Assembly (NCBI RefSeq): GCF_036321535.1
Contig: NC_087436.1
Coordinates: 76,572,001-76,636,000 of the forward strand
Direction: 5' to 3'
Origin: Camelus dromedarius
Lineage: Eukaryota
Length of the DNA stretch: 64,000 nt
Part shown: piece after piece, positions 11,952-24,203 of the stretch
Layout of the letters: each line of letters starts with the position of its first letter
Numbering within the stretch: the stretch's first letter is position 1
The notes under the pieces: generated by a model
The model's database searches: none
Told to the model about the DNA's origin: nothing
Seen by the model: only the letters and a program-made list of their open reading frames with translations
Position numbers and translations under genes: made by a program

Positions 11952-12517
11952 CCCTGAGTTTTATTCTTAAATTATGCTCTCATAATTTGCAAATTATTTT
12001 TTATAATTTTAGGTCAAAGGATATTGTGATAATGTAAACATACTATTGTCAGATTTAAGACCTATCACAATCAGGCTGAGTGACAGTGAGGATTGGCTTA
12101 TTTTATCTTCTTAATTTTAGAGTTCCAATCTATACCCTAAGAGCTGAATACAGCTTAATATAAAAAGACTAAAAATTAATTTTTCTAAACAATGATACAC
12201 TAATGGAAAAAATGATATGGGAATTTAATTATACAGGTAATTATTTAGCTTTTATGTTTTCAGTTAACAAAGGTCTTTACTCTAAGATTTCTTTTTGCAG
12301 ATGAGTCCACAATGCTGCTAGATGAAATTTGAAGGTTTCCATGGATTTTTATCCTGGAAATCTTCAAGAATAAATTCGAAACAAGGTACAGAAAGCTCTG
12401 ATTTCATACAAGTAATTGACAGTTATTTTAAGCAAATAATGCATATTCCAGGCTATCATTATAAGTCTGATTAACTGTCATATGTGTCTGCAACTGGACT
12501 AGAGGAAAAGCTAGAAC

Positions 12518-12829
12518 TGTATGTTAATTGTCAGCTCAGGCTGCTATAACAAATACCATTGGCTGGGTGGCTCATGGTTGACTCTCGGTGAAAACCTTCC
12601 TGGCTTGCCGGCAGCTGCCTTCTTACTGTATCCTTACATGGCAGAAACAGAGAGCTCTGGTCCCTTCGTCTTCTAATAAGGACACTAATCCCATCATGGG
12701 AGCTCCATTTTTATAACCTCATGTAAATCTGATTACCTCCCAAAGGCTTCATCTCCTAATTCCATCACATTATGGATTAGGGATTCAACATATGAAATGT
12801 GGAGGGATACAAACATTCAATCCATAAAA
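12518..12829 (-). mobile_element. MLT1A-type MaLR solo LTR, internally deleted
   Basis: 'gctcaggctgctataacaaatacca', 'ataaggacactaatcccatcatg', 'attacctcccaaagg', 'ttcaacatatgaa...acaaacattcaatccata'. Confidence 0.88.
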
Positions 12830-13359
12830 ATAAACACAATTCATAGATTTTTAAACAAGGGAATCATGGCTTAGTAAAATGTAAGAAATAAGGGAAAGAA
12901 TTCTAGAATAATTTTAGTAGCTCTTGGGAAATAGTATTCCATACATTTAATTACTACTTTACAACCTTAGTCTTCCTGAAATAATAAAATAGAAATTACC
13001 ATTTTATGCTATATCAGTGTTAGTAAATTCTGTTCCAAGTTGAAGTTGCTTTAAATTATGGGAGCATCTCTTAATGTTTGTTGCTATTTTGCAATTGATA
13101 TTCTAATTGGGAGCAAAGTATATTTACATGACATCTAACATCCAGATGAAAATATTGAAAAATTTCAGAAAAACCATTTGTCTACTTGTATATATCCAGA
13201 TATTTGTATTACATAAATGTCATTTTTTTAATCCAGCTTTGGTAACACCTGAACACAATCATATTCCTTGCATTGTTTTCCACCTCAGTGTTCTTGTCTG
13301 TAATATTCCAGTTTTGGGGGAAACAACAAATAAGATGAAAATATACCAATTATTTTGAA

Positions 13360-13900
13360 ACTTAGGGAAAAAAGCTCAAATGCAAATTACTAACACAATA
13401 TCATCATCTTTAGAGGTGTGATTTTTAAAAAGAAAAATATGAAAAAAATGCTTGAATAGTTAACTGCAACCATAAATATATTTATACCTTTAACCCAGTA
13501 ACCGTACTCCTAGTGATATATATGAAGGAAAAAAGTAAATAGAATCATATTTTATACTTATAAAGAACTTATACTTTATAAAGAACATCCTTTGTCTTCT
13601 ACTAGAAGAAGAAATCAGGAGAGAATCTAAGCATTTAAGCTAGGATATGATTTGGTAAATTAAGCACATAACAGTGATTACTGCATAATTATGATGATTT
13701 TATGAAAACACAGAAAAATGGGTTTAAAGTAATGTGAAATGGAAAAGCAGGATGTGTATGTTATGCAAAAACAGCAACTATGAAACAGACATGCATTTTG
13801 TCAGTTAATATGGAAATGAAAATGATTCAAGACCATTAAGTCATTTGGGGTTTTTAAATGTTCATTTTTGTTCATACTTTATTCTAATTTGAAATAAAAT
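13360..13900 (+). mobile_element. Very old L1ME-type fragment
   Basis: Degenerate L1 ORF2-end motifs 'aaatgcaaattac' and 'atacctttaacccagtaaccgtactcctag'. Confidence 0.5.
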
Positions 13901-14226
13901 GTTTCCTTTATGTTAAAATTCTCCATTTGGAAAGTCATCAAATTTCTAAGTAAGTTATGGGGAGACCAGAGAGGACTTTAAAATTTATTGTTAGACTTAG
14001 AAGTCTATAAAACCAAAGGATCATTTTGACTAGACTTAACTAGCAAAATTTAGGGGGAAAATGTTGAGATTAAGGTCAATCAGAAACACTCTTTCTTTTC
14101 ATCTCAAGTTTAGAACTAGTTGAGCATAAAGACATAGGTAAAATGAAGATAAAATTATCACCTTAATTACTGTGAAACTGACTGGAGGGTGTAGGTTTAG
14201 ATTTGGGCCAGAAAGGCTTCCTTCTA

Positions 14227-14391
14227 GGGGGAGGGTACAGGTCAAGTGGTAAAGTGCATGCTTAGCATGCACAAGGCCCTGGGTTTAATCCCCAGTACCT
14301 CCTCTAGAAAATAAATAAATAAATAAGCCTAATTACCTCCCCTCAAACACACATACAAAATACAAAACGAAACAAAAAACAAAAACCCGAA
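14227..14391 (+). mobile_element. Vic-1-type tRNA-Ala SINE; 16-bp TSD AGAAAGGCTT(C/G)CTTCT
   Basis: tRNA-like head, 'cctaattacctcccc' tail, TSD at 14210-14225 / 14392-14407 with 1 mismatch. Confidence 0.93.
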
Positions 14392-14820
14392 AGAAAGGCT
14401 TGCTTCTTCCTAGCACACTAAATTCTTTGGTGTAGAAACCCTGAAATAGATCACTGAAGGGAAAGTCAGGAGAGATGCACTTACAGGATTGTAGTTTACA
14501 TTTGTCTAAAAATGGAGAAGGAAGAGCAAAGAGAAGAAATCCCCAGAGCTTGGAGCTTTTTCCTAGGCCTCCTCCACCTACTGTGAAGCACAGACCAACA
14601 ATCATCACCCAAATGCAGCTTACTCTTTGCTCCTGTGACACCCTTGTCATTGGGGACCAGCTGATGAAAAACTACTATTCTACAGAGTTCTATTTTATTG
14701 CAAAGCTAGGAATGAACTTATGAAGGAAGAGAATGGCGGAACGAGTTTTTTCTCTGAAGCTTTATTCTACACAATATTTTCAGAGAAAGAAAAATATTTT
14801 TAAAAACATTTGAGTTTGTG

Positions 14821-15056
14821 CAGATTTGGGACTAAAATGAGGTAAGTAAGGCATTTACCTTTGAAGCTAAATTTAAGGGGCTGCTAAAAAACTCTAGTCA
14901 TCAACATAAATAAATTCTTATACAATTTTTTAAAAGTCACAATTAGTGCAAAAAAAATGCCTGGTGAATAAAATATCAAAATGTTAAGTAAAGACAGGGG
15001 CAGTATTACTACTTTTTCCTTTGCCTCGGGCTTCAGTGTGGCTTGGCATGTCTCTG
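14821..15056. mobile_element. Non-autonomous hAT-Tip100-like DNA element (ORSL-like)
   Basis: CAG...CTG ends; 'aaatttaaggggctgctaaaaaactc', 'aaaatatcaaaatgttaagtaaagacagg' and 'tttttcctttgcctcgggct' match my recall of this family. Confidence 0.65.
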
Positions 15057-15080
15057 ATTTGTTGACTAAAATTAGTATTT

Positions 15081-15223
15081 CTTTTCAAACTCTGTTTTAG
15101 CGGGGAGGAGGTAATTAGGTTTACTTATTTATTTATGTTTTTTGATGGAGGTACTGGGGATTGAACCCAAAACCTTGCAGTTGCTAAGCATGCACTCTAC
15201 CACTTGAGCTATACCCTCCCCTC
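15081..15223 (-). mobile_element. Vic-1-type tRNA-Ala SINE
   Basis: Minus strand GGGGAGGGTATAGCTCAAGTGGTAGAGTGCATGCTTAGC...; degenerate TSD AAAATTAGTATTT / AAAATCAATATTT (15068-15080 / 15224-15236). Confidence 0.93.
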
Positions 15224-15934
15224 AAAATCAATATTTTTAAAAGAGTATTTTTCAAGCTTTTTTAATGTAAGGAATTTAAAATTCTAGAGTTAAGATCTGA
15301 GAAGTCAAAAAAAGTATTTTTTACAACTCTCAATGTCCAGGATTGCTTACAAAAAATCTAATTGGTTAGTCGTTTTCTTTAGCAATAGTTAAAAGCCAAA
15401 AGCAATACTTTTACAAATCCAATGTAAAGAAATATTTTAGGCTCAGAAATTTAGAGCAAGCAAAGTATTTTTGCACAGCCAAATACTTCTCAAATCTTAT
15501 AGAACATTCTTGTTAGTCAACAAAAATGTTATTGAGTCCCAAGTGCTGCTAGATGCTTAGAAAACAATGATGCATCCAAAGTGGCTGTCTTCAAAACTGC
15601 GCTTTGAGTCCAGTGTTATTGTTTTGTAAACAGAACACTGAAGATAAAATAGGAAAGTAGTTTTCTCTTCTTGTCGGCTACTCTCACAATACGGTTAACA
15701 AATAGGGGACACCTCAGTGTCTCTATCCTACTTTATAAGATTGGAACCACTTACGAGCTCTTTTACAAGACAAAGAAGCTCTTGGGGTCTTAAAATCTAA
15801 AAAGTGCTTTGAGCTACTGAACTCCTGACTGTAAGCTCCTTTGAGACAGGGACTAAGCTGTCTTCCCCTCTGTTGTATCCCCAAGCCAGGTTTAGAACAA
15901 GGAGTGCTGTTGAATAAACAATGACCTTGGACTG

Positions 15935-16075
15935 CCACCCATGGTCAGAAGACCAGAATTTAATACCAACTCCATCTCTCTGTGATTGTGTGATTTTTTT
16001 CATTGGGATACTTAACCTCTCTGGGCCTCAGTTTCCTCATTGATAAAGCACCTTAAGGTGTAAGAATTAAATCCA
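15935..16075 (+). mobile_element. MIR fragment
   Basis: MIR core 'tacttaacctctctgggcctcagtttcctcat'. Confidence 0.75.
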
Positions 16076-16124
16076 GCTTTAAACAGGTAAAGCTGTTGTC
16101 TATAAACAGTTGTTTCACCTAGTA

Positions 16125-16345
16125 CAAGGGTCAGCAAGTTTTTTCTGTAAAGGACCAGAGAGTAAATATTTTCGGTTTTGCAAGCCATATGGCCTCTATC
16201 ACAACTACTCAGTTCTGCTGCTACAGCTCAAAAGCTGCTACAGACAATATGTAAATGAATAGACATGGCTCGGTTCCAATAAAATTTTACAAAAACAGGT
16301 GGCGGGCCAGATTTGGCCCTTAGGCCATAGGTATGCCAATTCCTG
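16125..16345. mobile_element. MER58A hAT-Charlie MITE, full length, perfect 8-bp TSD ACCTAGTA
   Basis: 'caagggtcagcaagttttttctgtaaaggaccagagagtaaatattt...aaaacaggtggcgggccagatttggccc...tgccaattcctg'; TSD at 16117-16124 / 16346-16353. Confidence 0.93.
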
Positions 16346-16623
16346 ACCTAGTACAGCATGATATGGATTGAAGCACTTAACATATCTTTTTATGCTAAAG
16401 ATGACTAGACTCTGAGCTCCATGACAATAAGAGATTCTTCTGTGTTCATCACTGATTGTCTCTCTGTGAGCTTCATCAAAGTCTTCTACTTTTTCAGGAA
16501 ATGTTACCTTCTAAACTCAGAGAGCAGTAACCCAAACTGAATAACTGAAAGAAAAATGAGATAGGTATCTTTTTATTCAAAAAATTCTACAAGGCATAAA
16601 GTTATGATAAGGCTTCATACTTT

Positions 16624-16774
16624 GGGGGGAGGGTATAGCTCAGTGGTAGAGCACAAGCTTAGCATGCACAGGATCCTGGGTTCAATCCTCAGTGCCTCCA
16701 TCAAAATAAATAAACCTAATTACCACCCCCCAAAATAAATGAATAAAAATAATAATCAAAAATTTTATATAAAA
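16624..16774 (+). mobile_element. Vic-1-type tRNA-Ala SINE
   Basis: GGGGGGAGGGTATAGCTCAGTGGTAGAGC head; TSD AAGGCTTCATACTTT / AAGACTTTATACTTT (16609-16623 / 16775-16789). Confidence 0.94.
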
Positions 16775-19700
16775 AAGACTTTATACTTTATACCTGTTCT
16801 TTCCACACGTGGTTTTGCACAACTGACAACTGTTTTGGAGTCTTTCCTTTATCTTCTCAGCATAAGATCAGTGACAGGGAAAGAAGTAGTGCTACAACGA
16901 TTAAAAAGGTAATGCACACATCTGAATATTCTGTTATTTATTCCCAAGCTCATAAAAAAAATGTTAAGGAACTTGGGAGAAAATATCATATATCAGTGTG
17001 ATGTACTAGAAATAAAGGGATTATGAACCAGTTCTGTGGTGGTGCCCTGACAAAGCGGTGTCACAGGTGTGGTACCATTTGGTGAAACTTGTGAAACTTG
17101 CATGTAAGCATGGTACTTAATATGTAATTTTAATGGAAACGTGACATAGATCATTAAGCATCTCTTCTTGTCCTGGACATCCTCTGCCTTTTTATTTTTT
17201 GCAACCTTTCTTATGAATGCTTTTTTTTTTTCTAGGTGTGGTATTTCTGAGGTTATTAAATCTATCCAGGAGAGATAGTATCTGAAAACTGGACTGAATC
17301 CAAAGGCTAATGTTATCCCTGAATAGAGATATCATTCACTGACAAGTCTGCCTTCAGTGGGTCTATTAATCTGGAGGGAAAGACAGGAATCTTTCTACAC
17401 TGTTATCTATAAAAGGCTGTTTACAAGAGTAAGAATGTGTAGAAACAATGGAAAAGTAGAGTTTAGAGATTTTTACTTTTCAAAGAATTTTTTAAATTAA
17501 ATATAATTCTTCCCATACAAATATATTTTCATTTCAGACTTTTTGATTACAGAAAATATATGCTTAGGAGCTTGAGTTCTTAAAATAATGATAAAATTTT
17601 AATGTGAAAGTTAAAGTGAATGTTAAGCAAGCAGAATTTAATATAGATTCTATATGAGCCTGATCTGAGAAGAAACAGTTTAAGATGATTTTTCAATTCT
17701 GTTTATTTGCATATCAAAAAATTAGGACATGCTTCTTACATCAAAGTTGTGTTTGGGCCTGGGAAGACCACACGGGTGTGTTTGAAGGTCCCCTACCTAG
17801 CACGGAGAGAACTTGCCAGGTAGTCCCATGTAGCTCAGGAAACAGATTGCATGCAAACGGCCCAGGGAAGTACATAAGCAGGAGTTGGCGAGGTCACAGA
17901 GTAGCAGCCACACTGGAAGTGGCTGCATGTGGGCCAAGCATAGGGGGCCTGGCTTCAAGGTTTCAGGTTGGGATGTTGTTATCATAGACAGAAAGATACC
18001 ATTTCAAATTCTGTCCTAACACATGGTCAATGGCAAAGCGCCCCGGTGGGGCATTGGCCTGAAGAGCAGGGGGATTGGAAAAACTACCATTGGGTGTTAA
18101 CTACTGAAGGAGAATGTCAACAAAAGTACTGATACTCAGATTGAAAATAGAATTCAAGAGGGGTCACCTTTTCTTTTCCTGGTGTTTTTTTTTTTTTTAA
18201 TCTGAATTGTAATAAAATCAAATGCAAAATGTTACTATCTACAGGCGGTGCTATTTAGTGATCATTCTCTAGCATACATCTGGATGAGACCTGGAAACAA
18301 ATCTGCCACCATCCTGTTGGTGAATGCAGAATACAGAAATCAAAGAAAGGGCAGAAGCTGGATTTCTGACTAAAGTTATAAAATAAAGTATGAACAAAGT
18401 TAGTTAACACCTAGTTAACCTCGTTAGCTAACCTCTATGTTAAGACGGCCCTGGCATTCAGTGACCAGAGTTAGAAAGTTCTGTTTAAACTCGTAAAGTC
18501 TTGGGCATTTTCTGAGCTGCTAGTTCAAAACCTGGAGATCCCCAGACTTAAGGATGCTATAGGAAACAGTTCAGTTGTTCTGATATTTACTACCCAGGAA
18601 AAGAAAAAGAACATAATTTGTATTTTTTGCTCTGTTTTAGAATTTTACATAGTTAAAAACACTTAAAAACTGCCGGAGTCATGAGGTTCCATGGTGCTCC
18701 TTTCGTTCCAGGTCATTGCAAAACCATGTCTGGTGTGGACCAGTGACTAAGTAGATGCAGAAGAAGGAGATTTGTTGCAATGGACTGGGAAATGTCTCTG
18801 TTCACCTGAGACCAGAAAGGGGATTTTATTAGTACAATATAAGAAAAGCCAAATATACATAGGAGCTGCACTTTGGAAGAACTTAGAACAAGTTGTGTGC
18901 TGCTCTGCAGTACCCTGAATGATAAGTGTGCATTACTATGTGGTGGTAATAATGCAGTGTGATACTGATTGCAGGGTCGCATTGAAGAAACTGATTTTTT
19001 TTCTTTTGGTTGTAGTTAATTTACCTATCCTTTTCCTGAAATGCCAGTTTTGGGCATTTCATACAAGCACAGGCTAGAAAGATAATAAAAGCTAAATGAG
19101 TGCTCGGTGTATTTCTCAGACTGTAATGAAACCAGAGTAATTGAGAGAGTCAGCAAATCTCAGTTATTAATCAGATGATGAAGGTGGTGGGTACCGAAGC
19201 CAGGTTTGATTTGTTCTTGTGGTCCAGAGAACCTGTTTTGTTTTTGTTATTGATTAGTTCTGTTTGGTGTCTGCATTATTCTTAAAATCAAAACAACATA
19301 CATTATCTCACTAGATCCTACATAACTTCAGCTTGAAAGTATGGGTCAAAGGTCACATGGTGGGGCCAATTTCTAAAAGGAATCTGCCTAACAAGTATTT
19401 GGTCTTGAAAGTGTAAGGGAAGCGGATAATCTAATTGCAAATATAAATAAAAAGAAAACAGGCACTTCAATTAGTGCATCAGTTAATCTGGATAGATTGA
19501 AAACTCACTTCCCACTCAACACTAAAATTAATCCTCTTTGATAATGGAAGAGATGTCATTGCAGTGATTTCAGAAATAATGAATTTACTAAGAACTTAAA
19601 AAAAGAAAAGGATAAATCTCAGAAATTTAGATTTAGAGAAAATACTGTTCCTCTTGAATTTTCATTCACCTCCTTATTCTTTCTTCATTTGATCTTGTTT

Positions 19701-22700
19701 TTAGCTAAAAACAAGTAAATTGGCTTTTTTTTTCTTCCTCTTTTCTAAATAAAAGACTCTTCTATTCAGACTGGATTCAGAACAAAACTAATTTTCACTC
19801 TAGTTCTGAATTTTAAAAATGTGAAGCTCAGAAGTTTAGAGATTTTTGGTTCCAAACACTTTAGTAAATATAAATGTTGACAAACGAATCATCCAAGTCT
19901 CAATTTTTATCATTTCATTTTTGATGAAGAAAAAGGAACTGGCTTTAACCACAATTTAAGGAAAAGAACAGTTGCTTCTCTCCTACTGATAAAAATTTCA
20001 GCACTATAGGCAAGTTCCCTTGATGCTAATATAGATATGGTGGGCCCAACAGACAGGTGGAGTTGGCAAATAAATGTTCATTTCTCTCTTTTATGACTCA
20101 ATGTTATCATGAGGGAAATGGAGAACATTTCCACAACACAGCTGTGTGGGATTCTCCAGCTCGTCTATCAAGATAACGCAGTCTTTTACTCCCCTGCAGT
20201 TTGGCAGCCAGTGCAGATCTGAGTAGGAGATGTAAGATTGCTCTCAAGTCCTTGGCTCTACTAGAAGTTGTGTTTCGGAGTTGCAACTGATATCTATCAA
20301 TTTAAGAGTCTCTGGAGTTGCTTGTGGGATGCTCTGGCTTCTAGAGTCTGGTAGGACTGGGTAAGTTTTTAGAGGCCATTTAGGCAATGTTTGCATCCCC
20401 TCCCAGCTCCCTGACAAGGCATTTTCCAGCATGTGTCTGTACACCTCTGGTGAAAGGAAACTCACTACTTTCCAGAGAGACTTTTTTATTTTTGATGACC
20501 TCTAATGTTTACATGATTCTTCATTGCAGTTATTCTTAAACCTGCCAAAATACAGTTTGTGCTTACTATTCCTCATTTTATCCTTCAAGGTCATCCATAG
20601 GAAATGAATTCTTTTTTATACAAATACACTCATAAACTCTTGAATGCAGTCGTCGTGTTGATTAGGCTGATATTCTGATTATTCTGATTATTCCTCCTGT
20701 GATGGGGTCTCAAATCTTTTCTCCTTTGGTCAGTGATTTGGCTCAATACGCACAATGTGATCAGATGATAGAAAAGTGGGCTGTTACCCTGGCTCACCTG
20801 ATGGCTCAGCGATGTCAGCCATAGTTCAGTTCTTTGTCTGGTCTCAGATCAACATCAGAAAGAGAAATCAAAGATGCTGCTGGCCGTTCTTAGGAATGAT
20901 ATTTGCCTTAGGAAGCAACACAGTTAATGCAGACAAATAGTAAGAATGTATACTTTTAAATTCCTCCAGTAAAAAAAAAAAAAACAGAGAAAAAAAATCT
21001 ATAGATAAAAAAACCAAACTTATCTTCCTCCACCACCCCTGTACTCTTCCATTTAACCAGACTGAAAAGTTATAGTATCCTTTAAACTCTGTCATCTTTT
21101 CCACATCCATTGAGTTGTCTGGTTTCACTGCTACCACCATTCTTGTCCCTGGACCTCATGGCTAAATTAATGCCTTAAATTCTTACAGTTTTTTCTGGCC
21201 TCAGTGGCATCTAGCTCAAGCATGCACCTAGACTGAATCCATTCCAAGCCTTCTCAGTCCCAAATGTAGTTAAATTAAGTGAATCGGAGCAACAGGGTTT
21301 GGGAGATTGCATAGCTGAACAGACTGAAAAGCTCATTCCAAGTGCAATGGGGATCCTACTCTATTTCCAAAGATTCTTGCACAGGAAAATGCAGATGCAG
21401 TACTGCCAGGTCCAAGTTATTGAGAAAAGCAGAAATCTATCTTTTTAAATAAACTTCTCTGATTTTTTAAAACTAATGGTTTGTTTTTTTAAAGTTGGTC
21501 CTCCCTTCCAAGTACATCCTCAGAGTGGTCTAGCCCATGGTCATTAGTTTGGGACTTTTGTTCCATAGTCACATTTTCTCAGTTATCTCAATAATTCTTA
21601 CAAGAACCTGAAAAGTATTAAAGAGAAGATTACTTAGACACTAAAAATGATGCCATAGAGTATGCAACAGCTACGATATAATATTACATAAAAGGATGAG
21701 AATTATATGTATCATCTGAGCAACAATTATATTTTTAAAATACCAATGTAGAGGGGAAAAGACAATGAGAAAACATGAAAACAGAATGAAATACTACGGA
21801 TAGTTTAAATTTTTTCTTCTTTCTTCCGTAGAACATTCTTCAAATTCTCTTCTATGAGCCTACACAACTTCAAAAAAAGGAAAAGCTTACAAATCTATCT
21901 CAGCTGTTATATGTAAGTAAATGGAAAATTGAAACAAGGTTTCATTGAAACTGGAGCAGTTTCTTGACGTGTTAAGCTTCTCTTGCAGCGTGTCTTTACT
22001 TTCCAGTCTTGTGTCCTTTTTTAATGCTAACCCATGCTCAAGTTACCCTTGCTTCAGAATCATTTTGGTAGATAAACTAGAAATGTTGTAACTTCAAGAG
22101 GAAGGGAATGGAAATGGAAAATGAAAATGCTGTATTTGCTAATAACGATGTGAAATAAGAAAGAGAATCACATATTGGATACAAGATTGATCAAATCTTA
22201 TTCTGGCTCTTTCTAATGGGATTTGACTTACTCAAAGCTAACATTTACTGAGCACTTACCCAGGGTACTATGATTATCTCCATATTAGTGATAAGAAACA
22301 GACCTAGCGAAATCAAGCCACCATCACAGAGATCCAGCGTGCCAGAGCCAGGGTCCCAATCCAGGTCATCATCCTTCCAAAGTTGTCATGACTGCCTATT
22401 GCCTACAAGCCTAATAATCCCACATCAACATAAAAGCTCCCTGTTCCCTGCCACACAACAAAGCAAAACAAAACAAAATGAGAATTTGGTGCTTTTCTAA
22501 TAGGTCCCCTCTCTCATCAGATTTGTGGCATAACAGATGGAGCAGCCACCACTCTCTGCAGTGTTTCCACTGAACGTAGTGATGTTTCTGATGAGGTTTC
22601 CTTTCTTCCCTTCTCGTCCTTGTTTCCCCTGTCTGCGCACACCGATGGAGTAATTGTGGCTGGCAGCCTGGAGGGTCACAGGCCACTGTACCCTTCCTTG

Positions 22701-22841
22701 CTGTACCAGATGCAGTTAGAAAATCTGAAGGACATTTGATCTGAGGTTTCTTCAGTGAAGACAACATAAAGAGCAGATAAGCTGTAAGGCTGCTGTAGTC
22801 AGGTCAGTGCAGCATGGCATGGTGTGTACTGGCTAACTCCA

Positions 22842-23374
22842 TGCATTAGGCATGTCTCTTTATTCTCTATTCTTAATGCTTTCCCATCTGGGGCCTTGCT
22901 GCCCTGTCCAGGGCTAGCTAATTCCTAGAGATAGCAAACAACTTACTTGGGAACATGTTTGTCACATCAGACTAACCTATCGACAGCTCAGAACCCAATC
23001 ACTTCCTCTACGGGGCTCTTACACTCAGGGCCACTGTGACTTTGCCCTGATCACCCCTGGGCCAGGGCCAGGGCTAGCCCCTATGCCCCAGAGTCTCCTG
23101 AAATTATTCAAACCAGCCAGTGCTAACCTAAGCCTGTGCCCCCTGCTTCACCCGTTCTTTCCTATGGAAACCACAGTCAAGGCTTCTTGCCCACACTTTC
23201 CCCCTGCTCCCTCTGCTTCGTGAGTGACCCTGGTGCTCCCTGTGTGGCCCCCATGGCACAGCCTCGCCCCTCCTCCTGGTATCTATGAGTATACCAACAT
23301 CTCTTCAAGGGCGGTTGTCTCCGAAACTGTGTCTCATCATATCTGAATAAAAATAAAACCTATATTTTAAAACA
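22842..23374 (+). mobile_element. MER74-type ERVL solo LTR, complete, 5-bp TSD CTCCA
   Basis: TG...CA ends, CTCCA at 22837-22841 and 23375-23379; 'cagggctagctaattcctagagatag', 'agcccctatgccccagag', 'ctgaaattattcaaac'. Confidence 0.9.
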
Positions 23375-24189
23375 CTCCAGAAAGCCTCAGTCTCACGGCA
23401 TGATTCACTCTCCCGGAGTGCTAGATTTTTGTTGTGAGTCTGTTTGTGCTGGACGTTAACAGTGCAGAGTCAGTTCTGACTCCAGCTGGGGCTCTTACAG
23501 CCCGATTTGGACAATAGCTCATAAATGACTCCACCCATGTTAAGGGAGTTTTGTTCAGCGCATTGACAACACATACAAAACCCTTTTGTTTGTCATGCAG
23601 ATGAGGAAATATACAAATAAGTTGTGTCAGTATTGAAGCACTAGACAAAGTGGGCATCCCGAAGTTTCATTACGGATCTACCGCTGGAAACTATTGTGAC
23701 CTCAGACAGACTTCGACCCCCTCACGTGCTAAATGGGAACATCCAAGTTCTAGGCAAGAATGTAAAAGGAAAACCGATGGAACGAAGAATTGCAAGATTA
23801 AAATATAAACGTTCAAATGCAACTCGGAGAAAAGTTTTGAATGCTCACAATGAATCAGGCTGGATAGAGAATGCTCACAGCTACCTCATAAAGCATTGTT
23901 TATTTTCTCTTACGAGGTTTTACTCCCTTGGTGCCCTTGCCTTGCCAACATGTGACGTTCTCGGGGGCAGTTTCCAATCCCCGCTGCTGCTAGCCAGCTG
24001 GCCAGCAGAGCGGTCCACACACTGACCCTGGAGAGCACCAAGACGCCCCACTGTCAGCCAGTTTGCGTGATGCAGCCTCAGCAATGTGAAAACTCCCAAC
24101 GCCCCTGCGCTCTCTGGCTCAAACTTGGCAGTTTGGGGAGGCGGCCAGGACAGCACCAGGAGAGGAGCCAGGGGATCGGTGTGCCAGAG

Positions 24190-24203
24190 CCAGCAGGTGG
24201 CAA
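24190..24203 (+). promoter_or_regulatory. Candidate CTCF binding motif CCAGCAGGTGGCAA
   Basis: Matches the CTCF core CCASYAGRKGGC in unique, CpG-retaining sequence. Confidence 0.45.

Noticed and set aside
13551..13586. Short tandem duplication (ttatact[t]ataaagaac x2)
   Set aside because: Ordinary slippage duplication within a decayed L1
16624..16700. Genuine tRNA-Ala genes at the seven tRNA-like loci
   Set aside because: They have A-rich tails, TSDs, SINE-specific extensions and stem-breaking substitutions, so they are SINEs
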